Shown piece by piece: positions 49,027 through 64,000 of a DNA stretch of 64,000 bases; within the stretch, counting starts at the first letter, position 1, and each line of letters opens with the position of its first letter. Made by a program: the position numbers and the translations under genes. The DNA is from Cercozoa sp. M6MM (Eukaryota; Protista; Endomyxa: Ascetosporea): assembly GCA_040357565.1 (NCBI GenBank), contig JBDODJ010000019.1. The stretch is one strand, 5' to 3'. The notes under the pieces were generated by a model, which made no database searches, had not been told where the DNA came from, and saw nothing but the letters and a program-made list of their open reading frames with translations.

Positions 49027-52000
49027 TGCATGGGGAGATCTTATGGACGATTTTTTGGCTTTTGCTGGTGGGCGTACGGTCACAAACCCCGCCCGGCAAA
49101 GACCTGTTCGAGCCCTGTGCCTTCGACATGGAGTGCAAGGCCGGCTTGGTTTGCGAGTCTAACAGCACAGCTCTAGTACATACCTCTCCGCGTTTTTCTA
49201 TTTCATCACTCCTGGGTGCACTTCGTACAGGTTTGCAGCTTACTTCCTTGCTCCATAAACGGAGATTGCGGGACCTTCACCCGTCGATGCTTGCCATCAG
49301 TGAAATTGTGCTCGGCATTTGAGTCGTGCCTTATCGACGCGGACTGCACGAATAACTTTCGTGGGTTGTGCACGTACCTGTAGTCAAATTAAAGCTGGAT
49401 ATTGTCTTTGTAAATTTATCTCAGGATGCACCTCTGAGGGGTTCACATGCAAAGAGACGGGAAACTGCGATACCGATGCAGACTGTACAGACTCGATTTT
49501 GTTTTCATCGCCTCAAGAAAAAAGGGTAACGCAAATTGGATTAGGTCTATCTACTACGAGAATGTTTAATGACAGACCTTCCTTTCTCAATTCGACGTGC
49601 AAATCGCACCTTCAATGCTTCTTGAGTATCTCTCTCAAAACGACACCGCGCTGTGCGTGAGCAAAACGTGCCTCTTCCCAGGCATGGTTGACTCACGTCG
49701 CATGGACCAGACACTTAATTTGAGGCCGTAACGTCCAAGCCCTTCTTTTCATAATGTAAATATAACAGAAATACACAGTGATGTAAATTTATTGCAGCAC
49801 CGCAGATGCAACGTCAGGACTGTCGTTGCGAGCGTTGTCCAGTGCGGTCCCCGGCGAGGAATACGACACCCTCTCTGGTTTAATGGTAGTTTCTGAGTCG
49901 CTCATGATTCATGAACCAGGAACGATTTGGGCGGGTTTGTGCAGCTCCAGCGCTCTCTGATCGGGGCGGCGTGGTTTAATGCGCAGACGACAAGTGTTAC
50001 TACTCTAAACCGAGTGTTTTCCTCGGTCAAGTATGGAGACGGGCCCGAACTAGCTCCTCGTAATTTACTTTTTCAGGCCAGCCAAATGAATTCATGGGAA
50101 CTGGGAAATGGCTGGGATAGGCTCTCGGTTTACCGCCGAAATTGAAGCGGTCGCGCGGCTATTTTTTGCAGATGAAATCCGGTTTGCTCCTGAGCCCGCT
50201 GGAGGTACAACACTGCTTCCCTCTGCGTGAGTGCGAGTGTTTCATATCGCAGACGCTCGGCTTCGCGCGCGTCGTTTTTCGGGCTTTGCTTGTCTCAGCA
50301 TCCTACGTCAGATCAATAACGCAACACAGAACGTATCAGAGGTATTTAATCTCGAGGAGCAGCGCGTAGGCGGTTCTATCGCAAGCTGCATGAGAGTGGA
50401 TCGAACGTATGCCTCTCCGCCTCTGCTATCGATGCCATGGAACCCCTGTTAATGAGTACCTTTCTTGACAGCACGCGGTTTCTTGGTTCGAGTGAAGATC
50501 GCTTTCCTCCACTGACGCCGATTTTTGTTCCTGCTGACATGTGCGCTGCGCGTGTGCTGTGGAACGGAGATGAAGGCTTCCTTCGAAACCGGAGCTTTGT
50601 TTCTGGCCCTCCTCCGGCGGAAGAAACAGCAGGAATTGTGACCAACAATACCGAGGAGTACTCCGAGATGATTGTCAATGCGTGCGCTTTTACGCAGAGT
50701 CGCGCCCCCACCGATCCGACGCGACAGAGTCCAACTCAAGGCACCTTCGATCAACAATGGGTGGCTTCTGACAAACAAGACTCTCTTCGAGTTCTGTACC
50801 GTGCACGTCCAGTGCGATTTGGGGCAGTGGTAGTGGATCCGCGTGGACCCCTTCATCAACGAGAACGTGTGTCCCCGCTCGTGATCCTCCAAAGGCCAGT
50901 TCCCGGTGAAGCGAATCTTGTGTCGGAGTCCTTCGTCCAGGTCATTCGCCTTGTTCCTTGTTCAATTCAATTGACTTGAATACTGTAATGTAGTGTATCT
51001 ATACTTCGACTGCTACTGTTTAATAGAACGATCTGTCGAGCGAGCTGAAAGTGCACCAGCAGACAAACGCAACAACAGTGCAACTTCTCGTTTCCTTTGA
51101 TCGACCGCTGCCGCCACCAGTCTTTGACTCAGCCTTGTCGCCAATGCTGCAAGACGAGTTGTACGACCCGATGACCGAGACTGTCCGTCACTTTCCTGTA
51201 GCAGAGGAAAGGCCTGGACCTAATGGTGCAACGCCACCGATCGTGTACCTACGTCTCAGCGTGGATGGCACCTGCATCTCGCCCATAGTTGATCGTGATC
51301 TACCATGCCAACGAGTCGACTATGCCTATCGTTCACGTGCACAACTAGGCGCATGGAAGTCCCCGGTATAGTTACTTGTTTTCTGCTCCTTCTCCACTGA
51401 TGTCATTGAACAGGCCAGCAACACCACAAGGAGCACTCTTCCTGATGACGTGTCTCCTGGTGTCTTGAAACAACAACGAATGTCTCCAGAGCAGCTGCTG
51501 CGACGCGGACTGGCCCAGTTACCGAGGGAGCGCGAAGAAATGCGACGCCTCTGTGTGGCACAAGTTCCCGTTGAGCGCCTTCTCGAGTCCGACTCGATCT
51601 GTGTCTATTGGAACGACACCAAATTCGTCCAGCGAGTCGATCTGCTCACCATCACAGGGGTGCGTCAGCCTTTGTAGAGTCCTCACAACAACGCTCGGTA
51701 GCGTCATCCTGTTTCACATTGTAGACACCGCCGAACGATTTTAAATCCATCAGTGGACGCATTCGATTCAGCGGTCCCGCGATGTCCGTGTAACACCCCA
51801 CCTGTCCTGCATTTTACGACGACTATCTTACACGTGTTACTGATATTGTAGGTACGAAGTACCAGTTCGTGTTCGAGCCATGTCAACGCGTTTTGTTGAA
51901 GCTGTACGCCCTTCTTCTCCTTTATATAAATTTAGAATACATCACTTCACTACGTTGCTCGCAGTGTAAGACACTTGAAACCCAGTGCTCCCGCGGGCAG

Positions 52001-54600
52001 GTGCGCGTCTTTGTCGATCCGACAAAGAACACGCTGCGAGGCGATCCTCAGATCGACGATTCTGCTCTAAGGTATCAACAAGCTAAACAGAAGTGTACAG
52101 ACTGTTTTGACTTGACGATTTACCAGATTTGAGTGTCGTCGCGTTCCTCAAAATGTGGGGGGAACTTGCTTCCTCGCAGATGCCGATCGGTCCAGTACCA
52201 CTTCTTTCTGTAGTCGGCGTATCACTCTTACAGCTCCCACTGTAGGAGACGTGAACCGCGTGGGACGCTGCAGCGGCACTGGTCACTGCGTGCACCGTTC
52301 GTTCATACTTCGTGCACAACTAGCGTCAAGTCATGAATGCATGGAAGTTATCAACGACCTCACGTTGACAGGTGGTACAGCATCAGATCCGGAAGTACAG
52401 CGACCATTTCCTCTAGTCGATACAATGGGCACGGTTTCTTTGCACGAAACTCCGAGCGACAGCAGCGACGCCGTAGTCCTGCCACCACTCGCTGCTCAGA
52501 GCAGCAGGCGCTCGGCAAGCATGCTAGGCGAGTTGCTGTGGCTGCGAGCGCAGAAGAGAGTGCTGTACTGGTACAGCTTCACTTACTGTGTTTTAGATAA
52601 CACTTCATTGAGGTCGGTATAATTCAATAGTCAACGCACGTTCCACTTCACGTTGGTGCAACTCGCGGATCCGCGGTGCTCGGACGATGGCAGTGTGCTG
52701 CAGTTCAAATGGGCTGTACTCCCTGCATTCAACCGGAGTCGGAGTGCTCGTCTGCTGAGCGAACTGTGCGCGCTAAACATCGCATTCTCCTTACAGGCTG
52801 CGGCTTTGTCCGCGAGGTAGCTTTGCTCGAGACTGCTGTTTTTATTGTCAATGATGAGCATACTTGAACGAAGGAGCGAACCTGCTTCAAACTTCGCCGC
52901 GCAAATACTTCGCACAGACACTCGAACCGCGTTTTCACGCATGAGTTTGGTACAAAAAACGTACGACAGGCATTCCTTCACTTGTTGTTGTTGCTTTAGG
53001 AACAACTGTTCGGAGGAGCAGCCCAAGTTCCTTTCAACCAGACGGTGGCCAATGTGACAACCGAAGCTCCGCCATCATTCGATGCGGTGGTTGATGATGC
53101 TGTCTTTCGAGCAGTGGCGGTGCGAGGCGAATCGATTTCACCAGGCTCCAATCAAGGCGTACCTCAGACTGAGTCGGCACTGTCGCTGGAAGAGTTCTCA
53201 CAGCAGATGCTTGAAACTCACGAACGCACACTCGACATTGTGCTTAGTGCAAGGGGTACATTCTTCAATTTTGTTGAGACTGCATTGAATAAGTGGGCTA
53301 CCTTTGTAGGTATCGCCGTGGAAACCAACATTGCATTTGCTTGCGATCGAGAGGAATTGCAAGCGTTGGTGCAAGACGCGTCCGAGCGATTGTTCCAGGA
53401 GGCGCTGTTTGAAGTGATTTGTACGCGTGTTTTCGGGTACATCTAACCAATATCGTTGTCTGATCAGTTTCAAGCGCTGTTTGAGTCCAGTGTTGAAAGA
53501 CGCGTGCAAGTGGGCGACAGTTGCGCGCTGCAGTGCAATTCGCAAGTGGGATACCGAAGACACCTCCAGTACGAGAGTTTAGTAGGTAGTTTCATAGCAT
53601 TAGTCATCACTGTGTTTGAAACAGACGAGCGGACTGCGTCTTTGACCGAGACAAGAACATGCCACGATGGCAGCTGCGAGGTGCGCCCTCATTGTCCATT
53701 TCTGCTGAAAACATGCAGCTCTTTCTTACTCGACTGGCTGCCCGCATTCAGGTACAGTATATTTGTGGTTGGCAGCAACAACTTGAAGAAAAATCAAAGC
53801 CAGGAAACCTCTTGACTCTTTTGTTTCTCTTTTGCTCAGTGCAAACCGGACAAGAGCCAGCTAGTTCGTATCGTCTTCTCTGTGTTTCTGTCCCTGGGAG
53901 TAGCCGGACTGTGTGCGTCTCTGTGGCTTACGCTGCGACACCGCCACCTCAAGATTCAAACGCAATCAACCGAGTCTGCTGCAAATTCTCAGGTTTGTGC
54001 AGATTAACGGTACAGTATTGTAGATTTACATGCGTTCGATAATGTCTGATGACCAGTTTGCTGGACGAAGAGAACTGCATTAAATTCCATTTCGTACCTG
54101 TATTTAATGCTCGTCCTCAGAACTCGTGCTCTGCTCACCAGTGCCGGGAGTAGCAGAGTGTCGTACGGAGAGTCGTGAGTCCGACTCTGCTCGCGCTCGT
54201 GTAAATCGATGGCATTGCTCGAGTAGCAGGAGGTGAACATCTTCAGAACATCTTCAGCTTTAGAAAATACAAAACGTCCTGAGGCACGTATTGACAGTAC
54301 GCTTCGCTCATAGCAGTTCTCAGAGCAGCCACCGCAAGTACACAATACTTTGAGTATGCCTTTGTATCTAAACAATGACGCTAGAGTAGCTGTTTTGTGG
54401 ATTTCTGTTCTGCGCTTTTATTGCCGTCGAGTTCCGGATTCTGCATGATCAGCTTCGACTGGGTAGAGAGCAAGCGCGGGGAGTGCTGTGAAACTCGACC
54501 GAAACTGAAATTCTACGCTCTTGTAAACCGTATCCGGACCCCGGGCGTTCGTTTCAGTTCAGATGTGGCGCACTCGATTGAGCGCGTCTGGTCGTGGGGT
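49027..54600 (+). CDS. Large secreted Cys-rich multidomain protein, many exons; 3' end approximate
   Basis: Signal peptide MHGEILWTIFWLLLVGVRS, then PCAFDMECKAGLVCES, and successive open plus-strand exons with Cys clusters. Confidence 0.5.
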
Positions 54601-55024
54601 AGGTGACTCGGAACTGCCGCAGCGCAGAGTCCATCAGCGGCGCGCACCGCCACCCTGACTCAGAGTGTCGGACTGACTTGAAGTCTCGGCTTGCGAGCAC
54701 GGACAGTGGCACACGCGCACACTCCTGCTCCGATACAGCGCAGTACCGTAGATACTGTGATAAGATACGGTAATTCGGGAATGTGAAAATGCATTTGCAT
54801 GCCCCTGGGAGGGAATCAATTAACGTGTGTCTCTTTTCGGACCGAGCACGACAGGAACGGAACGAAAGCGAACAATCAAGCTGGCAACTACGCACGCGAT
54901 GGGAAGGCAGTCTCCAAGCAACCCGAGGACCGATTAGACATTGGATACACCGTGTGTTCCCTCCCAAGGGCGTTGTTGAGTGTGTGTTTGTGCGTGTGTG
55001 CAATAAATCGGAGGAGAATGAGAC

Positions 55025-56669
55025 TCACAGAGCAGCCTGCGGCGTCGACGGGCGCAATGGACGCGGCTCGGCGTGCATGAACACCTGTGCCACCAAGCCA
55101 GTTAAAGTTACGTCAAGAAACCACATCCCTGTTTTCAATCTCAATAGGACTCGTACCTCAACGATAGATCGGACGGGCGCATTGTCGAACGCGATCTTGT
55201 ACACCTGCGACATGAACGGGAAGTCCGTCACAGCGTCCTGCGCCGTGAGCACCTGCATCACTTCCTGCACACCAAAACAGACACATAGTTCAACACAACC
55301 TACAATAAAATGAGCTGAGGTGTTCAGCCAGTTGTGTAGCCAGTTTGTACCTTAGCAGTGCCTGTGCCCTGCAACTTCTGGCCCTTGAGCAAATCGGCCT
55401 CAATTTGCTGCCATGACGGCGTGGCACCTGTCAGATATTGTATTTTCAACTTCAAGTTGGCGGGTGTTTTGGTGCTGTAACATACCCTGCTTGGTCTGCT
55501 CGGCGAAAGCCATGGCACAGCGGTGGTTGCGACCGGCGAGACACGTCGTAATCAGATCGGCCATACCTGCGGATTCCCAGAACGTCTGCTCCTGACAGTT
55601 GCCTGCGTTCCCACACAAAAACAAGAGATGACAGCAAACCAAACCAGTGTCTGTTGGTACCAAGGAAGCGCTGCGCGAACTTGCGAATCTCCGAGAAGCC
55701 GATGCGCATGAGCGAAGCGCGCGTGTTGGAGCCGAAACCAAGGCCATCAGCAAAGCCAACACCCAGGGCGACAACGTTCTTCAAGGCACCGCAGACTTCG
55801 ACACCGGCCACGTCGGGCACAGCTAACAAACACAGCATATCATTTTACCAAAAATAGACTGGGTTGAGAGACAGTACCATCCACGCGGAAGTACGGCGTG
55901 TCGAACAGCTGCTGCAGGTAGGCAGCGGCGTCGTCGCGGCCCTGCGGATAGCCGATCGTGCTTTCGGCGAATTCGCCGAGTGCGATAGGTCGTGCCACGT
56001 TGGCACCGGCCAGCGCAGCCATCGAGATGCCGAGCTCGCGCTCGATAAACTGCGAGCAGAGGATCGGCTTTCCGTCCTCGACGAGGAAGCCCTTGACTAG
56101 CGTGATGCCCGAGCACGTTGGCGACAGATGACCGCGCAACTGACGACACACGTTCGGCAGGAACTGGTGCGGCAGCACAAACACCAGCAAGTTGGCATCG
56201 CGCACTGCCGCCAACAGATCCGGCTCGGCCACCACGTTCTCCGGCAGCTTGATTCCCGGCAGATACTTGATGTTCTCGTGCAACTCATTGATCTGTTCCG
56301 TGAGCTTGCGACTGCAGAAAATGATAGCTTTCATTTGCAAGTAAATAGTATTTAAGGTTCCAACTGAAACAACGCACCCATTGACCATCTCTTCGTGCAC
56401 CCACATCGGCACGCGGTCGTTGAACAAGTAAGACCGCTTCACTGTTCAGTCAACAATTAAAACCTGCGTTAAAAAAAAAGCAAAACAAATCAAAGTCAAG
56501 GATACCGTTCTCGCCGACAATCTTGGCGATACACGAGCCCCAGTTACCGGAGCCGATAACACAGACCTTCTGCTCACAAGATAAACATCAAACAGAAGAA
56601 ACGGTGCCGTCGACCAATGAAAGGGAGTTGTACCAGCGGACCCGAGCGAAGAGCAGCCCACACAGACAT
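55025..56669 (-). CDS. GPD1: NAD-dependent glycerol-3-phosphate dehydrogenase
   Basis: [62 protein letters not shown]. Confidence 0.97.
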
Positions 56670-57158
56670 TGTTTGAGACAGAGTTGTTGACGTAAATTAC
56701 AAAGACGAGTATAGGAGTATCGTATGCTCGATGACTGTGCAAGAAACAAGGTGGACCACACAACAGACAATGCTGATATTGAAAGGAAGCACCACAAATA
56801 ATAATGCGCAAGCACAAGACCAAAAGGATTCACAAAAAAGCGCAATCACGCGAAACACGAGTCAACCACAAGTGACCACGCAATCCACGTGCGATTATCC
56901 GCGAAACCGCGCAAGGAACAAGAACGCAGACCGACTTACGTTGAAACAGCACGCTAATGACACCAATCGGCGCACACACTCAAGGAGAGCACACTGAAGC
57001 GAAGCAAAAGCACAAATGACAGCGAAACTGATTTCCAGAAAACGAAAACGCTTGGCCGTGTTGGCTCAGCTTGAGCCAGAACAAAAGCAGAGCCGAATAG
57101 GGTTTGGTAGCTGCGCAGCAGTCTCAGTGTGCGCACAACAGTGTAGAGATACATAGCA

Positions 57159-58512
57159 ATGGGAAAATACTCGCGAGACAAGCGGTGCCTGTTTGTGTGT
57201 CAATCAGAAAAATCGATGTTGTGCATGTTGCGTATGCAGGGATATCTACTACCGCAAGGCCAAGGAACTCGGCTACCGAGCTCGATCTGCCGTAAGTCGT
57301 TGAACCACAGTCTGTGTGTCTGCATACTGAGTGATTGTCCGTCCAGTTTAAGCTGCTGCAAGTGGACGAGCAGCTGCACATTCTTGATGGTGTCGAGCGT
57401 GCCGTGGATCTGTGTGCTGCGCCCGGCTCCTGGTCGCAGGTGCTGGCGCAGCGACTCAACGCCAGTGACGACGACGAAGTGCCCAAGGTCGTCGCTGTCG
57501 ATCTGCAGGAAATGGCGCCGATCCCTGGCGTCGTTCAGATGAGGTAGCAGTGTTTCCCGTCTCGATTTTTCCCTATTTTCTCCCTAAACGCACCCTTAAT
57601 TGCAGAGGCGACATTACACGCCGCAGAACTGCTGATGAGATCATTGGTCATTTTGACGGTCAACTGGCCGATATTGTGGTCAGTGACGGTGCCCCCGATG
57701 TTACTGGTACCGTCCCGAATCGTCTCTGTTTTCACAAGTATAATTTTTCTTTTTTTTTGTCAGGTTTGCACGACTTTGATGAATTCGTGCAGGGTCAACT
57801 GATCGTTGCAGCCATTGGGTGCACTTTGTTTTCTGTTGTGTGAGTGCTTGGTGCAGTTTGGACTGGTTTAGAATCGCGGCCAACACGCTGCGTCCGGGCG
57901 GTCGTTTCTGTGCCAAGGTAGCAGTGACCTGGCTGTGTGTACAAGGCATAGGGAAGCGGTGTGCGTTTGGACAGATCTTCCGAGGCAAGGACACGTCGCT
58001 GCTGGTGTCGCAGCTGCGCACGTTGTTCCGAGAGGTGCTGATCGCAAAACCGCGCTCGTCGCGCAACTCTTCAATCGAGGCTTTCTTGGTCGGCATCGAC
58101 TTTGTGCCGCCTGGTACCGATATTGATATTTGGTCCAGTCTTCCTTTTTTACGAGGTTCAGTAGCCAACGACGCCAAGATCGAATTGCCTGTGACGGCTG
58201 AAAATGCGCCGTTCCTGGCCTGTAGTCATTGTTGCTCTTTACCTTTCGAAACCTTGATCTAAAAATGGACAGGCGGCGATCTCGCCGGTCTCGACAGTGA
58301 CAAGAGCTACTCCTTGCAGCATGTATGATTGACCCAATCTGACTGTTAGCGCCTTGTGACTGTTTGGAGGTGGTCAGGGCGACGCCGAATACGAGTACAG
58401 GGCGCCAACGCAGCCGCCCATCTCCCCAGCCTACCTCGAGGTGCTCGAAAAGCAACGTGCCAACAGCGACAAGCCGTTAAGTCACCCAACTGGCTCTGTT
58501 TCTGAGCCCTAG
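57159..58512 (+). CDS. TRM7: tRNA 2'-O-ribose methyltransferase Trm7/FTSJ1
   Basis: MGKYSRDKR|[17 protein letters not shown]|[48 protein letters not shown]. Confidence 0.96.
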
Positions 58513-58702
58513 CGTCGTAGGTTTGCGCGTTGATTTCGCTCTGCTGAGCTAAAGACTTTAGTTAGTTAGTTGTCTTCGCTTGTACGACATGCGATGTATG
58601 AGTGTGGAGTGGTTGTCTGAGCGTCCCGATCGCTAATGATGCCCCGCACACGGCTCGTGTATTTATAGAGAAACATACTGGGTTAGTATATTATAGAGAA
58701 AA

Positions 58703-58705
<3 letters not shown>

Positions 58706-58752
<47 letters not shown>

Positions 58753-58762
58753 NNNNNNNNNN

Positions 58763-58809
<47 letters not shown>
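58706..58809. repeat. (AG)n microsatellite with assembly gap
   Basis: Seen directly. Confidence 0.95.
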
Positions 58810-58814
<5 letters not shown>

Positions 58815-58889
58815 CCGAAAGAGCCAGGGAGATGTCAGTTATCTCGTATTACAGATTACAGACTAGCTAATGTCACTCTCGGTTAAGTC

Positions 58890-59731
58890 TCAAAATGTGT
58901 TGCACTCAGGAATGGTGTCTGTGTTAGAGTCTCTCTGCGAATCGCACAGCAGGCCAGAAATGCAATCGGAGTTGCAGAAGCAGTTTTGATCTTGACCAAC
59001 GCTGCCCGGGGTCGCGACACATTGGTGCGGCAGTTCTGTGCCCGAGGAGTCGGTCGGAGTGCCCGTTGATCCGTCTGACATCACGATCATGCAGTGTCAA
59101 AACAGATGCGTCGACGCGGTAATAATGCGTACTGTGTGGCCGATTGTAAGTACTACTGTTCAAAGCGAAATGTACCGGACTCGCACTCCGAGTCGCAATC
59201 GCAAGCTTCGCCCAGACCAAGTCCCTCGCCGATTGCTCCTGGACAGGCCACGACGACAGAACTGCCCTCGCGAGTGCAGGTGCATCCTTCGAGAGCTGTT
59301 GTTGTCGTTGTTGTGTCTGTCGTTGTGTCTGTCGTTGTTGTCGCCTCAGTCGTTGTCGAAGTGGCTGTAGTGGTCTCGGTAGTACCAATGGTTCCGTCGA
59401 TAACTTCACTTATGTGACCGGCGCGAAATCGCAACTCCTCCAGTTTTCTTCGCAACTGCTCGGTTGATTTGTTCACGTTCTATTCAGCAGAGTCCATAAA
59501 TTGACTTTAATTCAGTACAACAACAAATTAAAGTCAATTTACACTAAAATTACAATTGGTGCAGGTAAAAGAAACTCTCAATACCTCCAATACCCTACGC
59601 TGACCGTGGGCTATCTCACGGTTCGAGCGCTCGAGCGAAGCGAGGGAGTCCACACTACTGCTGTCTGAAACACGAGCACTCGCGCAAACACGCACTGTCA
59701 AACCAAAGAGGAAAGTGCGAGCGAGCGACAT
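58890..59731 (-). CDS. Secreted Cys-rich repeat protein C, short paralog of 10930-12961
   Basis: SLASLERSNREIAH|NVNKSTEQLRRKLEELRFRAGHISEVID aligns to copy A's coiled coil with the same intron position; Thr stalk; CDCDSEC and CFCNSDC modules. Confidence 0.8.
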
Positions 59732-60061
59732 TTTTAGGGCCTACAATAGTCACTCCGTCGACGGCGTCAGCAAAACTACTCGGCCTGGACGTTTAGTAGC
59801 TGAATTTTTGCTGAAACACCCCGACAACTGTGTTCTGAGTCTCGTGCCAGTTTCTCCAGTCGGAATTAGCGTTTCTAACATTTGACTTTACTTCTTTAAT
59901 TTTTTATAGATATGTATTTTTGCGTCGTTTAATTCGAGTTCGCGATCGCTCAGTACCGGCACTAGTCGGACACTGGCCACTACACACGGCCATCTGGCCA
60001 CGCGACCACAGCCGAGCTTAAAATCTCGACGTCGACCGCACGAACATGGCAGTTTGGTGGA

Positions 60062-62030
60062 TCACTCCTTCCAAACGAAACGACGGGCGATTTCCATAAC
60101 CGACGATCGTAACCGCTTCTCATCAAACTCTTCGCCCCGACGAAGCTCGTTTTCTGTTTCAGCGAAATTCGTAGTGCAAGAAACCCACTCAGCACACAGA
60201 TCCAGTGAGCTTACCGCTGATGTCTCCGAACTCGATTCGCTTGGAGAGAAGTCGCGGAACCTGCAGAAGTAGTCTCCGTTTCTCAGCAGTGATGTGCTTG
60301 ATTGTCTCATTGTCGCCTGTACACATGATATGCAAGCCATTTCAAACAGCAGAGCTGATCGATATACCAGTGCAAGCGTTGTTGACACGCAGAGCATCCA
60401 ACAGCCGCGTTCGCTCCTCTTCGCTCAAGTTGTCTTCACTGCCAATTTCGTCTTTACCGCCTCTGTTTGTTACCACAGCGTTAAAACTGGTAATATAGAA
60501 AAACGAAAGCACAAACTGACCTCAACTCGCACTGATCGTCGAGTTTCCAGTCCGTCGTCAACTCCTCATCTTTCTTGATGTCTCTCGTCGCAACAAACAC
60601 TTCAGTGCTCGTCAAAGAACTTCGGTTTAGCATCTGAGCTTGCGAGCGATACTGCGCAAATAAAAGAATGAAGTTGCAAAAGGGCAGACAGCAAGACAGG
60701 AGATATACCTGCGCAGGAAGCCACCAGCGAAAACGCGCAAACGGGAAGTCTTCCGCGCCAAAGTTGTACGACAAAGCGACAGTGTTGGGCTCGTCTTCTT
60801 CGTTCTTCGGTGACACAATCTTGTCACCGTGCGCGAACAGAGAAGTTGGGTCGGCCGCAACGTCCGCCTGCCAAGAAAAAACTAAGGTCCAGCGCTTTTT
60901 CAAATGAGGAACATCAGAGTACCGCAAAGTACGTGAAGCGATTTGACAGACGCGATGGCGAGTACCACGGCCTGGGAGAGATAAAGATTAATCCTGGATG
61001 GACACAAGCGACGGGAGGTAACATACGCATCAGGCGACAGCACTGGCGGAACAGATGGAACGGAGGACATGAAAATGTTCGACTCGGAAGGAGACGAGCG
61101 CCATGTCATTGGCGGCAGAGCAGGGTCGACCTTGCACCACGAGGTAAGTGCCCGAACCTGCTCAAAACAACCACAATGCACCGCAAGACTAAAGAAACGA
61201 AGAGCTTACTCTTCTCAAGCCGTGCTCGTCGAATGCGTTGTCTTGGAACAGAAGTCTCAATCGATCCGAAGTGTACACAGTGCCAGGAGTCAGGCAAACA
61301 ACGGCTGTGCGTGGATGGGTCCATCAGCTATCAGCTTTGCAAAAGAGTTGAAAAGAAAGAACACACAGCCAGCAGGAATTTCGCAGTCTGCATAAACTCC
61401 TTGCAAACCAGGCCACAGCGTTGACGGAGCAACTCTAACCAGAGACACTAAGGTGCAAGATCACAAGTGAAACGAAAGCGGAAGAAAAAGGCACCTCAAC
61501 TTTGGCACAGGCATCTTGACCATGTATTCGCTCATTTCCAGTGGCGAATCAGTGGCAACAACATCGCCCTAAAAGCGCACAATAAACAATAAACGTAAAG
61601 AGATGAACAGACAAATCTACGTTCTTGTCGCTCGCTTCTTCGAAAATCTGGCCACGCACTTCTTCGATCTCGTGCTGCGCAAGGCGAAGCAGCTGCTGCC
61701 GAAGCACACCATGGATTTGATCTCTGTCGTTGTAGAAGCTCTGAGCATGAGAAAAATGAAGAACAATCCAAACATTAAAAAAAGAAAATACATCATGGTT
61801 CAGAACGCGGTCGTGGTTTGGCAGCTGCACTCCTGACTCACCTCCAAACTGCTCGACATGCGAGCGCAGGCCGGGAAGAACTCTTCTAAGGTCACTCGCC
61901 CTACACACATGCCGTTCAGCGTACACGCGGAAGCACTTGGGGGGTCATACCACAACAAATAAAAGGCGGATCGCGGCAGTGCCTTGCGTGACAGGAGCGA
62001 CGCCGCGCCCACTGACATCAAGAACACCAT
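60062..62030 (-). CDS. Divergent SET-domain protein
   Basis: GDVVA near the N-terminus and QMLN...VFVATRDIKKDEEL match the SET termini. Confidence 0.55.
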
Positions 62031-62178
62031 GGTAGATTCTATGCAGTGTGCACACGCCGCCACACACACTGAACTGCCGTATTAGCACTCCGAAAGGCTT
62101 TTATTTTTTGTGGAAACTCGTTCTCGTACTCATGCTGTACCAGTTTATTATTGCTTTGACTATTTTTGCGCCGTTCAT

Positions 62179-62917
62179 TCAGTCATGTTTCTTCGCAGAA
62201 CGATCGGTAGATAGTGCAGGTGCCATACGTCGCATCAGACTCAACGAAGTCAGCAGCGGCATCAGCAGCCAAATTCCGTTGGGAACGACGTACAGAAGCC
62301 ACCAAGTCTGCGTGTAAACTTACATGCGATACAGGCAAACTTGCGGATATTGGGTACTTGTAGGTACCATGCGGTCGTTGTGCTCGGTGGAGTGGAAGTT
62401 GTTCAGAATTTCAAAGCTGAAGAAGAGCGCAGTCTTCCACAGAATCGCAACGTTGATGGCAAGCGTTAGCAACGCTCCCATTGCACGCGATCGGCGCACC
62501 GAAAGCATCAGCAAAGCAATCACGCTCAGTCCGACCTCCACCAAGTTCAGATACGCCACTGAGTGCTGCAGCACGAACCGCGCAGCAGAATAAGTTATGT
62601 CAGTACAAGGCACTGAAAAGCACAAAACACACCAAGAAGCCGCTGCCCAATCCGTCGAAAACGCCATAGTTCTTGTCGACTTGAATGTAGAGGTCATAGA
62701 TGGAGAAGATCCAGTTCAGATCACCTCCCGGCAATGTACGCGGCCGCAATAGAACAAACAAGGCGTCATATGTGCAAACAATGGCACTCACAAGCAGCCA
62801 TGCCACGTGCCACCACGCCACGCCTGTTTATGGTCCGGTCAAAGGCACACCGACGGGCCGAAAAGAACAGTTTGTACCAAAACTGCCGGTTTTGCTGATG
62901 CTGACTCTTGGCAGCAT
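62179..62917 (-). CDS. EXPERA/emopamil-binding (EBP-like) membrane protein
   Basis: YDALFVLLRPRT...Y..VDKNY, LNLVE, WKTALF, LYVVPNGIWLLMP; four TM segments. Confidence 0.8.
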
Positions 62918-63188
62918 ACAGGATTAGCAAATAAGAATTTCCACTCCGTCTAAGTGATTAGTATGCGATCAACACGAAACCTGTAGCAAAAAGCAAACCT
63001 CGGTTTTCTTTATTTTTCCGTAGAAAAACAGACATAGGCACTAGCGTCGCACGTGTGTGCGTGTCGGTGTACTAACTGTCGGAACTCACAAGGTATACTT
63101 GCTTGAGCAGCTTAGCAAGAAAAGTCAAGCACCCAGATGGAGATTTGCATTTTCGTCCAGTCAGTAGTGTTTGTGTTGTGTGATAGTG

Positions 63189-64000
<812 letters not shown>

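Overview
Gene-dense eukaryotic (protist-like) genomic DNA with short GT-AG introns (mostly ~50-100 nt), the standard genetic code, microsatellites and three N gaps. The species cannot be named from sequence alone. All gene models were spliced by eye, so outer coordinates are approximate. Recognisable housekeeping genes: GT64 glycosyltransferase, TPR protein, AMP deaminase, condensin CAP-D2, a RING E3, IMP3, TTI1, ATP synthase subunit g, GPD1, TRM7/FTSJ1, a SET protein, an EXPERA/EBP-like protein and the 5' part of RUVBL1. There is also a box C/D snoRNA cluster. Main unusual items: (1) a ~4.3 kb IS630/Tc1-type element with a DD35E transposase split by at least 8 spliceosomal introns and a second spliced orphan gene between complex inverted ends; (2) a complete bacterial-type phage tail-collar gene with 6 introns; (3) a protein with two tandem retropepsin domains; (4) a secreted family built from a 6-Cys module (CxC[DN]SEC), mostly one module per phase-1 exon; (5) domains in which almost every intron is a minisatellite or TTAC(C)n tract, with a switch in style inside one gene.
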